Shown here piece after piece: positions 18,152-26,929 of a DNA stretch of 64,000 nt (positions within the stretch are counted from its first letter, which is position 1; every line of letters begins with the position of its first letter). The stretch spans positions 1 to 64,000 of IMG/VR virus record IMGVR_UViG_3300001919_000035, one strand, 5' to 3'. The notes beneath the pieces are model-generated. The model made no database searches, was not told the DNA's origin, and saw only the letters and a program-made list of their open reading frames with translations. Origin of the DNA: a virus (lineage: Duplodnaviria; Caudoviricetes). A program made the position numbers and the translations under genes.

Positions 18152-18297
18152 GAGATACATAGTTTAAGCAATAGCATAGGTAAAACTTTATACGCGCTAA
18201 TTACTCTTTGGGAATACTCTCCAGAATGGATTTATGTTAGTACCGAACACTACAGTGTGTGTATAAAATACAAAGTTCGAATCTTTGTTGTATCTTA
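18152..18297 (+). ncRNA. tRNA-like element with a branched insert replacing the anticodon loop
   Basis: AGATACA/TGTATCT acceptor, GTTT/AAAC D stem with GGTA, TTTATACGC/GTGTATAAA stem enclosing ~60 nt, CAAAG-TTCGAAT-CTTTG. Confidence 0.65.
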
Positions 18298-18322
18298 CTT
18301 TAGATATCCTAAATAAAATTAT

Positions 18323-18676
18323 ATGATAAGAGTAACAATTAAAAAAGGAACAAAGTGGTTACAAGTATTTGGTTTGGCTAGAATATTTGAAAGATATCTC
18401 AAACTAACTAAGTATGATGCTATAAAATTAGCATATACCACACAGAAACATGATGTACTGATCCAAGGATCTAATAAAGATCTTAATCTGTATGCTCTTC
18501 ATGTTAAACTACACAGGTTAAACATGCATGAGACATTAATTGAAGAGTTAGAAGGTTTTAAAGTTCAAGTTAATTTAACTGAATTTGAACCTCAAAGATT
18601 AGGCTATCCATATAGAAACAAGAAGCTATGGGAAAGTAAAACTAATCTACTAATTTTCCGAAGTATAGAATCCTAA
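18323..18676 (+). CDS. Hypothetical protein
   Basis: 117-aa ORF. Confidence 0.65.
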   Translation: MIRVTIKKGTKWLQVFGLARIFERYLKLTKYDAIKLAYTTQKHDVLIQGSNKDLNLYALHVKLHRLNMHETLIEELEGFKVQVNLTEFEPQRLGYPYRNKKLWESKTNLLIFRSIES

Positions 18677-18707
18677 TTTTTATTCACAATTAAACATTTA
18701 TCAAAAA

Positions 18708-19274
18708 ATGGAAAATTCAAACAATGGTGTAGGTACTGGATTTAAAACAGTATTAATCCTGTTGCTATTAGTAACAGTAGGATTATTAAGCTTTTTAGCT
18801 TATAATCAGTTTACCGAGAATAAACTCTTGGATAACAGCTATGTGGAGTATGAAAAGACTCCAACAATTGAAGAAGCTATGTATGAATGGAATGAACAGA
18901 AAGAGAGTGCACGCGAATATGCAGTGTATATCAATCTGCCAGCTTCCATCGTACAAGCATTGTATGAAAAACTTGGTACACAATGTAATGTATCCGATTA
19001 TGTCAAGGAATATGAGCGTAACAGCGAGTATTATGTATCCTTACAAATTGCAAAACAATTACAAGAAAGTGGATTAAAGGATCCAGGTATTGATGGTAAA
19101 AGGCTTAAGAATGTTGAAATAAAGACAGAATTAGAGCCAGCGCCTGTTGAAAAACCTGCTCCTATTCCAGCTGTGCCAAAGGATACTACACAAGTATCAC
19201 ATACGAAACCAATTTCAAACTACTTTTATGATATAGATGGTGGGTATTATTATACCCAGTCTAGGTTGTCATAA
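18708..19274 (+). CDS. Membrane-anchored hypothetical protein
   Basis: N-terminal TM segment (VLILLLLVTVGLLSFLAY) and Pro-rich C-terminal linker. Confidence 0.75.
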   Translation: MENSNNGVGTGFKTVLILLLLVTVGLLSFLAYNQFTENKLLDNSYVEYEKTPTIEEAMYEWNEQKESAREYAVYINLPASIVQALYEKLGTQCNVSDYVKEYERNSEYYVSLQIAKQLQESGLKDPGIDGKRLKNVEIKTELEPAPVEKPAPIPAVPKDTTQVSHTKPISNYFYDIDGGYYYTQSRLS

Positions 19275-19737
19275 AACTTTTTCTTCTAAATAACAATTCA
19301 AAACCACGTTTGCATGTGAATGTAGACGTGGTCATCAGTAAATGACAAACCTGTGGGGCGTAAATAATCTCATGCGTCTGAGTGGTAAATGTAATTCGGC
19401 TTGATGGTGTTAGCACATACATTATCAAAATGTTTTATACACCGCCTTTTAGATGTGCTAGTGGCATGAGTTTTATGATCGTGCGGACGTAAAAATCAGG
19501 TAGATAATAAGAATTGTACTAGCAATACATTTCTGCTGTATCTTTAAACATGTAATTAACGCTATAATTACTCTTTTCATTAGATCTCCTCGCTCATTGA
19601 GAAAGAGTAATTGTTTTCTCTCAAGGGAGTTGCACTTACGCTACAACGTAAGATAAACGAATAGATCAGGCGACCGAAGCCTTATCCAGAATAGTTGTAG
19701 ATATTCTGGCGTCATCAAACTTTTAAACATTATCAAA

Positions 19738-20178
19738 ATGAATGCAAAAGTAAATGGACTAGCATTGGTATTATTACCGGCTAATGTTACAGTACCAGAA
19801 GTAAAACAAATCTTTGATTCAGTATTGGCGAAACTACAAGAAGAAACCATTACTTTAAATGATTTAAGAAGCGGTTATGTTGCAATCTTGAATCAAAATG
19901 ATTTGTTTGGCTTAAATCTGGCAGAAATGCCAAATGAAAAGCTAGTTACTGTAACTGAGAACCTTCTGAGCGCATTTGGTGATAAAACATCAGATCCGCT
20001 AAAGTTTGCTACATCATTTGTATGTGAATACTATGGACCACGTGATTTAATTAATCACGAAGTCGTGACGATGTTTGCAAATGTTAAAGAGCACAGTTCC
20101 GATTGGGACTATTTATCTCGCAAGAAATTAATATTTCTTGTACATCAGTGTAGAGACATCTTATCTAACAATAGATAA
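19738..20178 (+). CDS. Hypothetical protein
   Basis: 146-aa ORF preceded by ATTATCAAAATG. Confidence 0.75.
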   Translation: MNAKVNGLALVLLPANVTVPEVKQIFDSVLAKLQEETITLNDLRSGYVAILNQNDLFGLNLAEMPNEKLVTVTENLLSAFGDKTSDPLKFATSFVCEYYGPRDLINHEVVTMFANVKEHSSDWDYLSRKKLIFLVHQCRDILSNNR

Positions 20179-20180
20179 TT

Positions 20181-20303
20181 ATGAGCAAAACACGTAAAGA
20201 TAGCAGAGAACTTAAGACTACACGCAGGGGAAACCCTGCGCGTAAGCCTAAGATGACTCCTTATAAAAGAGAGTCAAGAAGTGAACGAATGAAGGAATAT
20301 TAG
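20181..20303 (+). CDS. 40-aa highly basic microprotein
   Basis: MSKTRKDSRELKTTRRGNPARKPKMTPYKRESRSERMKEY*, read manually. Confidence 0.55.
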   Translation: MSKTRKDSRELKTTRRGNPARKPKMTPYKRESRSERMKEY

Positions 20304-20580
20304 TCCGCCAGTCTAATATTCTTGTTTATAACTCTTAATAATTAAATTATGAGTAAAAGGTGGTCAACCCCAAGTATGTTAGTAATACATCTAACGCCCT
20401 AACCTCAGTAAAAGGTATATGAAGTCATATACTACGAGTAGTGTGTACATTTTATGTGCAAATGATATATTCACAGGAATATATTAATTAAAAGAAGGGA
20501 AGGAGATGCTCTCGAATAAGAAATAGGAATAAGAGAGACATACTTTTATTAGCAAAACATTTCAAAATTTAACATTAATA

Positions 20581-20877
20581 ATGGAAAAAAGTGAAGTTAA
20601 ACAATTAGTAAAGGAGCTTATTAATAAAGATCCACCATTAAAGAATTATCTAGAAATAAATCATATATACGGTAAATATACGTCTAGGTTAACAAAATAC
20701 GCAATAGCATGTGATCATCGTGACAAAGACTCCGTTAAAGACCGTATTGATGAAATACTTTGTAATCCTTATCCATTATATGGATTTGGTTTATCAAAAT
20801 ATTGTATTTCTAGATCACTCATAACAGACATTTATTATAATAGTATTAACATTTATCATAATAGTATTAACATTTAA
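20581..20877 (+). CDS. Hypothetical protein
   Basis: 98-aa ORF. Confidence 0.65.
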   Translation: MEKSEVKQLVKELINKDPPLKNYLEINHIYGKYTSRLTKYAIACDHRDKDSVKDRIDEILCNPYPLYGFGLSKYCISRSLITDIYYNSINIYHNSINI

Positions 20878-20889
20878 AACATTATCAAA

Positions 20890-21303
20890 ATGGAATCGAA
20901 AGACATTCTATCACAGATTGAAGAAGGCAGAACAGTAAGTAAATCACTTGTTGAATCTGCAAATCAGGAAATTCTGAAGAACAAGGAAGAATCTCTGAAA
21001 AGAGAAGTAATAACAGCACTTGTTGATTCCGAATATTCTATCAGTTATCGTAAATTGGCTCTCCGTCGTGCTCGTGCAATCGAAGAAGTTGAAAAAGAAA
21101 CTATCGAAGCTACCGGTGAAAACCGTAAACGACTCGAAGAAGGAGGGATCACACCAGAACAGTGGCGTAAGAAAGAAGTTGAAATTAATGATGAAAATAT
21201 TAAGAAGATATCTGAAGTACGTGGCAAGTACAATGAATATCTTCGACAGCTGAACAAAATGTCGCCAGATGTTTCTTGGGGAGTAGAAAAAGAACAGTTT
21301 TAA
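20890..21303 (+). CDS. Coiled-coil hypothetical protein
   Basis: 137 aa, E/K/R-rich. Confidence 0.75.
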   Translation: MESKDILSQIEEGRTVSKSLVESANQEILKNKEESLKREVITALVDSEYSISYRKLALRRARAIEEVEKETIEATGENRKRLEEGGITPEQWRKKEVEINDENIKKISEVRGKYNEYLRQLNKMSPDVSWGVEKEQF

Positions 21304-21635
21304 ATAACTATCTTTTACATTCCATCCTCAGTCTCTAGAAGCAAGAGGAATAAAAACGAAGTTTAGTAGTGAAATGAGCATGAATGAACATGCTTACTCA
21401 AGACCTATAAGGCAGTAGTAGGAACTATTGTAGACATCACAGTCAAGGATATACAGACCCTTAGAGGCAGGTTTAATTCCATATATCCAACTATCAAGGT
21501 CTAAGACGAAAGTAATAAGTGCTTTATGCCACCTATTGTTATAGTATCTTATATTTTAATGCAGGTTTATTGTTTAAGTACGAAGTGTATTACTAATAAA
21601 TACTTTTAATAATAGATTATTATAAGTAATCAAAA

Positions 21636-21665
21636 AGGTGTAGGCTGAGAAATTAGCCTACACTT
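21636..21665 (+). terminator. Strong hairpin or terminator upstream of the tmRNA locus
   Basis: AGGTGTAGGCT/AGCCTACACTT 11-bp stem with a T-rich stretch downstream. Confidence 0.55.
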
Positions 21666-21707
21666 ACTATCATTTTTTCATTTTTAAGTGATTTTATTCA
21701 CAATATA

Positions 21708-21974
21708 AGAACTGTATTGTGTCTTACTAGGCTTATTAATCATTGTTAGGACGAGGGTTCGACTCCCTCCAGCTCCACGCTCATAAGAGCTACAAAGGGC
21801 AAAGTAAAACTAGGATTTTTGATCGTGTTAACCGTGCGCCAAGTTTTTAAATTTTAGAACGGTTAAAAGGGGCTGCTTGGATTTGACTAGCAAAATTCAT
21901 TAATAAGATAGGTTCATGTGTGTTTAAATGGCAATATTTTTGTCACAGACTATACTCAACTAGCAGTTGCGTAA
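21708..21974 (+). ncRNA. ssrA: Circularly permuted (two-piece) tmRNA
   Basis: The 3' piece GGACGAGGG-TTCGACT-CCCTC-CAGCTCC-A (to 21777) lies upstream of the 5' piece GGGGCTG-CTTGGATTTGAC (from 21869). G3:U70 pair present. Helix 2 pairs CTAGCAA/TTGTTAG and ATTAATAAG/CTTATTAAT. Tag frame 21930-21974 reads GNIFVTDYTQLAVA*. Outer boundaries approximate. Confidence 0.9.
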
Positions 21975-22002
21975 AGTCACGTGCTAACTACGAAAGTGAG
22001 GA

Positions 22003-22056
22003 CTATCTAGTAGAGTAATCGAGTGGAAAGGTGGGTTCGATTCCCACCTAGATAGC
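22003..22056 (+). ncRNA. Minimal tRNA-like element (acceptor plus T arm, 20-nt linker)
   Basis: CTATCTAG/CTAGATAG stem and GTGGG-TTCGATT-CCCAC. Confidence 0.7.
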
Positions 22057-22080
22057 AACATTTTTAAAAATTTATCAAAA

Positions 22081-22419
22081 ATGAATAAGGATGGTTTAAC
22101 ACTAACAATCGAACATTATCGATTGTATGTAATGGAGAACATGCCCGAATCTTGGAAACGGGCTGCACTGAATCACAATGTACTAGAACAGCTTATTGAA
22201 GCTGTAGCTAGGTATTGTCTAGAACATCGCTTAAAAGGCAGTGAATTGTACTATCATTTACATGAAAATGAATTGATATGTGCAGCATCTTTTGATAGCG
22301 AACCTCAAGGAATAGATTGGTGGATGGACATTAGTTCTGAAGCTAGTATGTTAGAGAATCATGGTTGTATTAACACGTATGCAGAAGATGAAGAAAACGG
22401 CAACACAAATGAAGTATGA
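22081..22419 (+). CDS. Hypothetical protein
   Basis: 112-aa ORF preceded by TTATCAAAAATG. Confidence 0.7.
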   Translation: MNKDGLTLTIEHYRLYVMENMPESWKRAALNHNVLEQLIEAVARYCLEHRLKGSELYYHLHENELICAASFDSEPQGIDWWMDISSEASMLENHGCINTYAEDEENGNTNEV

Positions 22420-22789
22420 TTCATTTAACTTATCACAGTTTGAAACAGAATTTATCTGTGCTGGTGTGCGTGAAAATATAGTAGGAATGTACAAATTTCT
22501 CATTGAGAAAGGTGCACAAACTGTTAACAGTCATTTGGATTCAGTTAGAATATCTAGCGGAAAACCAATTGTATTGTTATGCAAAAATGCTATAGTAAAT
22601 AAGTCCTTCAACACGTTTGGAAATGTCCAAATATTAGATAGAAGTTGGTGGGACTATTATCACAATAAACGTCGTAAAACGTGTAAGACAACTACTAGAA
22701 CGTACAATCTGCCTTCACAATGGAATGTTGTACTTATGGTAGGCTGCGTGTGGAAGGAAGTAGAAGTATTAATACCTGAAGTTGTATGA
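22409..22789 (+). CDS. Hypothetical protein
   Basis: Track ORF 22361..22789; the internal MKYDSF start at 22409 is likelier. Confidence 0.6.
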   Translation: MKYDSFNLSQFETEFICAGVRENIVGMYKFLIEKGAQTVNSHLDSVRISSGKPIVLLCKNAIVNKSFNTFGNVQILDRSWWDYYHNKRRKTCKTTTRTYNLPSQWNVVLMVGCVWKEVEVLIPEVV

Positions 22790-22971
22790 AAGTAGGAAAA
22801 AGAATCTATTTCGACAGTCCTCAAGAGAGAAAGAAATTTACTGATCTCTTGAAAGATGCAAAAGACATTTTAGAAATGTCACAGATAATATCTGAAGCCT
22901 TTAATAGAGATATGACAGAAGCTATGGAAATAGCAGGAGTGTATAACGAATTTATGCGGAAGGAAAAATGA
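22786..22971 (+). CDS. Small hypothetical protein
   Basis: ATGA-coupled at both ends. Confidence 0.7.
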   Translation: MKVGKRIYFDSPQERKKFTDLLKDAKDILEMSQIISEAFNRDMTEAMEIAGVYNEFMRKEK

Positions 22972-23399
22972 ATCAGTTAACAAGCAATGGTACTTACATA
23001 GTTACCGTAAAAGGACAAGAATACATTGTAGTAATAGTTGGAAGCGCACCAATGTTACAAATCTCCAGAGTGTTCAACTTATCTGCATTCATCGATGATG
23101 GCAGTGTAACATGTGAAGATAATAGTGAAGTAATGAAAGAAATATCTGAGAATCCTTCAGAATTCAATTACCGTCCTATTGATTTAGTAACAGAGTTTCA
23201 AACATATGAAGTGAAGAATGACAAAGCAATGATCAAGTATTCGCAAAAGGAATATCGTAGATGGTTATCCTATGCAAATACACTTGAGAAATCTGAACTC
23301 GTGTCTAAACTTATGCTTGAAAGATCGGATTTAACTTATCCTCTTTGTGAAATATTAATAGAACAACTATGGAACGACAAAAGGAATCTCTTAAGATAG
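22968..23399 (+). CDS. Hypothetical protein
   Basis: 143-aa ORF, translationally coupled. Confidence 0.75.
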   Translation: MNQLTSNGTYIVTVKGQEYIVVIVGSAPMLQISRVFNLSAFIDDGSVTCEDNSEVMKEISENPSEFNYRPIDLVTEFQTYEVKNDKAMIKYSQKEYRRWLSYANTLEKSELVSKLMLERSDLTYPLCEILIEQLWNDKRNLLR

Positions 23400-23854
23400 A
23401 TCTAAATGTTGCTGATCTAAATAATTATCTGAAAATGAGACTATGTCATCCATACCTACCAAAAGATTTGGTAGAGGATTGGAACATTTTTGGATCTATT
23501 GTATCTAGAGTATATGGACCTGACGGAGTATTTCCAAAGGAGTACAAAGATGAAGACTTACTTTTATGGTTAAAAGACCGTCTAAAAGTAAGAGCTTTAT
23601 TAAAGTATTGCCAATGGAAACTATTCAGTAATTATGCAATGCTTAAAAATAAGCGAGCTACAGATGATGTACTCATGAGAATAATAGTTTCAAAATTGAA
23701 CAATTTGAACTTACCTAGGATATATGCAGATGAAATATTTGACAATATACATTTGCAATATGCTGTTCGCAAACCAGTATTTGAAGATTACTTTGTTATC
23801 AAAGTACTTGGATTACCATTTGAGTTAACAGCAACTAGAGTATGTCCATTCTAA
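23369..23854 (+). CDS. Hypothetical protein
   Basis: 161-aa ORF. Confidence 0.75.
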   Translation: MERQKESLKIDLNVADLNNYLKMRLCHPYLPKDLVEDWNIFGSIVSRVYGPDGVFPKEYKDEDLLLWLKDRLKVRALLKYCQWKLFSNYAMLKNKRATDDVLMRIIVSKLNNLNLPRIYADEIFDNIHLQYAVRKPVFEDYFVIKVLGLPFELTATRVCPF

Positions 23855-23886
23855 GGATATGTGGGGTTCGACTCCCCACATATTCA
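23855..23886 (+). ncRNA. tRNA minihelix (12-bp stem, T-loop)
   Basis: GGATATGTGGGG-TTCGACT-CCCCACATATTC-A. Confidence 0.7.
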
Positions 23887-23904
23887 CTAACCAAATAGCA
23901 AGCT

Positions 23905-24465
23905 ATGAAAAGAGAGGATGAAGATCTTCTTATTGAACATGCTAAGCTTGGTAAACAGGATGCTTTTACAAAGCTTTATGATCGGCATCATAAGCTTATT
24001 CGTTACATTATATTTGATATTGTAAAGAATGGAGATGTAGCAGATGATTTATTATCAGTTACCTTCACAAAAGCATTTGCTCGTATTAATTCTTATGTAA
24101 ACCCTATTTCATTTGAAATGTGGTTAAAAACAATAGCAGTAAACAGTGCTATAGATTACATAAGAAGTACGAAGAACGAGAAGCAGAATCATTACATAGA
24201 TTCTGAGGATAATTACATTCAATTAGACAACAATGATCTATCTCCTGAAGAGGAAATTATAAAAAGAGAAAATGTTGAACAATTGAAAGTAGCTCTGCGT
24301 AGATTAAGATTTAAATATCGTAATATATTAGAATTACGATACTTTAAAGGTCTTTCCTACGAACAACTCGCAGAAGAGCTTAGCGTACCAATAGGAACAA
24401 TAAAAAGTGACCTGAACAAAGCTAAGAAGAAATTGCGAGAATTCTACAATAATATCAATAACTAA
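23905..24465 (+). CDS. ECF-type sigma-70 family RNA polymerase sigma factor
   Basis: Region 2 (AFTKLYDRH...ADDLLSVTFTKAF...FEMWLKTIAVNSAIDYIR) and region 4 (RNILELRYFKGLSYEQLAEELSVPIGTIKSDLNKAKKKL). Confidence 0.93.
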   Translation: MKREDEDLLIEHAKLGKQDAFTKLYDRHHKLIRYIIFDIVKNGDVADDLLSVTFTKAFARINSYVNPISFEMWLKTIAVNSAIDYIRSTKNEKQNHYIDSEDNYIQLDNNDLSPEEEIIKRENVEQLKVALRRLRFKYRNILELRYFKGLSYEQLAEELSVPIGTIKSDLNKAKKKLREFYNNINN

Positions 24466-24481
24466 CAAATATTCACAAACT

Positions 24482-24871
24482 ATGGCAGAAATTGTAATTA
24501 TTGCAATTGCAGTATTAGTAGCAGCTATTATTATTGGGAAGGCCAACCGTAGTAATGAGCTTATACTTAGACTGTTGTTCTGTTTCAGTGTTAGTGTATG
24601 TGTCTCTGTTGCGTTTTTGTATGTATTCAGTGCAAAACCTAAAGTTTCAGCACAGGCTACTACAACGCTTAGTAAGGCAATAGAATCTGATACAGCATCC
24701 CATGTAGTATTCTTTGACCAGATAGCAATGGACAAAGATTCCATATCAGGTGCTACAGGTCAGGATTCTGTAAAAGATGATTGCCTTACATGGACACAAG
24801 TACCTAATATGTTTGTCATTCCAATAATAGCTGGAATGATAGCTGAACATGCGATCTTTGATTCTTCATAG
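24482..24871 (+). CDS. Membrane protein (two TM segments)
   Basis: Hydrophobic segments at about aa 3-19 and 28-50. Confidence 0.7.
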   Translation: MAEIVIIAIAVLVAAIIIGKANRSNELILRLLFCFSVSVCVSVAFLYVFSAKPKVSAQATTTLSKAIESDTASHVVFFDQIAMDKDSISGATGQDSVKDDCLTWTQVPNMFVIPIIAGMIAEHAIFDSS

Positions 24872-24961
24872 ATAGCAAGGAACAAAAATTAGAGAGAGAA
24901 AAAGCTGAAAAGCAAGTAATTAACATTTAAACACATTAACAAACAAAAATTCATTATCAAA

Positions 24962-26428
24962 ATGAGCAAGAACAAAGACAATAAAAAAGGAGCACAAGCC
25001 GCTGCTCAGTCTACAAAGAAAGATAATACTGTAAAAGGCAAAGCAGTAGAAAACAAAGTAAAAGAACAGGAAAAGAAAGTTGCCGCTCAGGAAGAAAAAG
25101 TACCTGAAAAGCCGATAGAAGATGCTACAGGTGAATCACCTGCAACTGTACAGGAAGAAACTCCTGCACCAGCTCCTACTGTTCATAACCCTGCCGAAGC
25201 ATCAGCAACAGTATTCAAGAATGCTGAATTGCAAGAAACATTAACAGCTATGGCGCTTACCCCAGAAACCGTTCTGGATGCTAATCATACCGTAGAATTG
25301 TTAACAGTTGCAACAAAGCGTTTTGAAGCAAAAGATCCCCGTAATCCAACGGTTATTGCTGCAAATGAAATGCTGGATGAATTGACTTGTTATTGTATTG
25401 CACTCGCTGGCGTAAATATGTCAGTAAATGGCAAGAAAATCGGTCTTTCTATCCCCGTTGGTGCTCTTCCATCTTATGTACGGGCTATGGGTTACTTTGG
25501 AATTGCACTTCCTGAAGCAAGTGCAGTACCCGATCCTAAGAATCCGGGACAAATGATTATTCCGTTTGACGGAGTATCAAAAGAGACAGAAGAAACTATC
25601 AAAAAGGAAATCAAATTACACAAAGATGCAAAACCAGCAATGGATGTATCGCTGTGGAAATCTGATGAAGATGTAAAGAAAGCAATTTCCTACATCCTCA
25701 GTGATACACTGAGTAAAGATAATCGGTTCCAGGTTTCTCTGTCAAAGATACGTATGTACAAAGTGCTGAACGCAGCTAACGATGATGAAAAGAAGATGTG
25801 GGAATCTGCGTCTCTTTCAGCAATCTTCGAAACAATGCTTACGTTGTTAGGAGACAGTAAGTCTACATTACTGAATGCAGTAGGTGGACAGGTTTATTCT
25901 GCTGCAGCAACACGTAAAAATCCGATCCTTTCGCATCTGGCATTAAAACGGAATTTCCCGCAGTGTACAGATAAAGACATTTCCGAAATTGTTCGGATTA
26001 TTGTCAAGACGAAAGCTGCCTCTATGAATCCGGATCAACCTATTGAGCAGAATATTGCTTGGTTAGGTTTGAACAACGGAAAGCGAGAAGATTGTCTTCT
26101 TATTCCAACAAAATCTACCAGTGAAGATAAAGAAATCATGGGTAGAATTCAGTCCGCATACAGTGACAAAGTAGGTGTTCCCTCAGAAGAAGGTTACAAC
26201 CTGAAAGTTACTAATTTCTTAGCAACAATCGTAAATCTGTACAAAACAGATGATTTCATTACTCAGTACAGTGCAGCTGACTATACTGATTGTGTCAACA
26301 AAGCTTTAGAAGCAATTTCCGGAAAGACTGCTCCTAAAGACGATAAGACACTGGATCCGAAAGAAACTAAGAAAGAAGAAAAGCCGGCTGACAAAAAGGA
26401 AAAGAAGGACGACAAAAACAAGAAATAA
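24962..26428 (+). CDS. Large hypothetical protein with charged disordered termini
   Basis: 488 aa, K/E/P-rich N- and C-termini. Confidence 0.85.
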   Translation: MSKNKDNKKGAQAAAQSTKKDNTVKGKAVENKVKEQEKKVAAQEEKVPEKPIEDATGESPATVQEETPAPAPTVHNPAEASATVFKNAELQETLTAMALTPETVLDANHTVELLTVATKRFEAKDPRNPTVIAANEMLDELTCYCIALAGVNMSVNGKKIGLSIPVGALPSYVRAMGYFGIALPEASAVPDPKNPGQMIIPFDGVSKETEETIKKEIKLHKDAKPAMDVSLWKSDEDVKKAISYILSDTLSKDNRFQVSLSKIRMYKVLNAANDDEKKMWESASLSAIFETMLTLLGDSKSTLLNAVGGQVYSAAATRKNPILSHLALKRNFPQCTDKDISEIVRIIVKTKAASMNPDQPIEQNIAWLGLNNGKREDCLLIPTKSTSEDKEIMGRIQSAYSDKVGVPSEEGYNLKVTNFLATIVNLYKTDDFITQYSAADYTDCVNKALEAISGKTAPKDDKTLDPKETKKEEKPADKKEKKDDKNKK

Positions 26429-26445
26429 ACTAATCATCCATCAAG

Positions 26446-26838
26446 ATGAGACGTACGTCTGATTTTCTTTGGTGTGTAGTGTTTGCATTTATTGCTGTCA
26501 TAACTACCATCAAATTGAGCGGTCCACAGACTGTTGAGGCTTCAGAGGTTCCGTTACCTCTTCCAGAGCTTACTATGCCCAAATTTGTTAATCCTGTAGG
26601 TCGTATTGACCTACAGATTGACTTAAATAAAGGCACTGCGAGAATAGAAAGTGATGCTGATATTGCTACAATTAATACTGTAGTTAATCATCCAGCTCCG
26701 AGTGTTAAACCTAAAACAAAAGTAGTTATAAAGAAAGATACAATAACAGAATATCTGGATAAAGTGGTCATGTTCTCTTTACCTAAAGGTCGTCTTCAGG
26801 TACCAGATATTGAATTTCCTAATAGAGTAGTACGATAA
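26446..26838 (+). CDS. Secreted or membrane-anchored hypothetical protein
   Basis: N-terminal hydrophobic helix FLWCVVFAFIAVITTI. Confidence 0.7.
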   Translation: MRRTSDFLWCVVFAFIAVITTIKLSGPQTVEASEVPLPLPELTMPKFVNPVGRIDLQIDLNKGTARIESDADIATINTVVNHPAPSVKPKTKVVIKKDTITEYLDKVVMFSLPKGRLQVPDIEFPNRVVR

Positions 26839-26924
26839 TGAGTGAAAATGATAAATTAGGATATCTTATATATCTTATGCTGTTAGTATTAGCAGCAGGA
26901 ACTCTTTACTTACTCTGGTGTTAA
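26838..26924 (+). CDS. 28-aa single-TM microprotein
   Basis: MSENDKLGYLIYLMLLVLAAGTLYLLWC*, coupled to the previous stop (TAATG). Confidence 0.5.
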   Translation: MSENDKLGYLIYLMLLVLAAGTLYLLWC

Positions 26925-26929
26925 CAATA

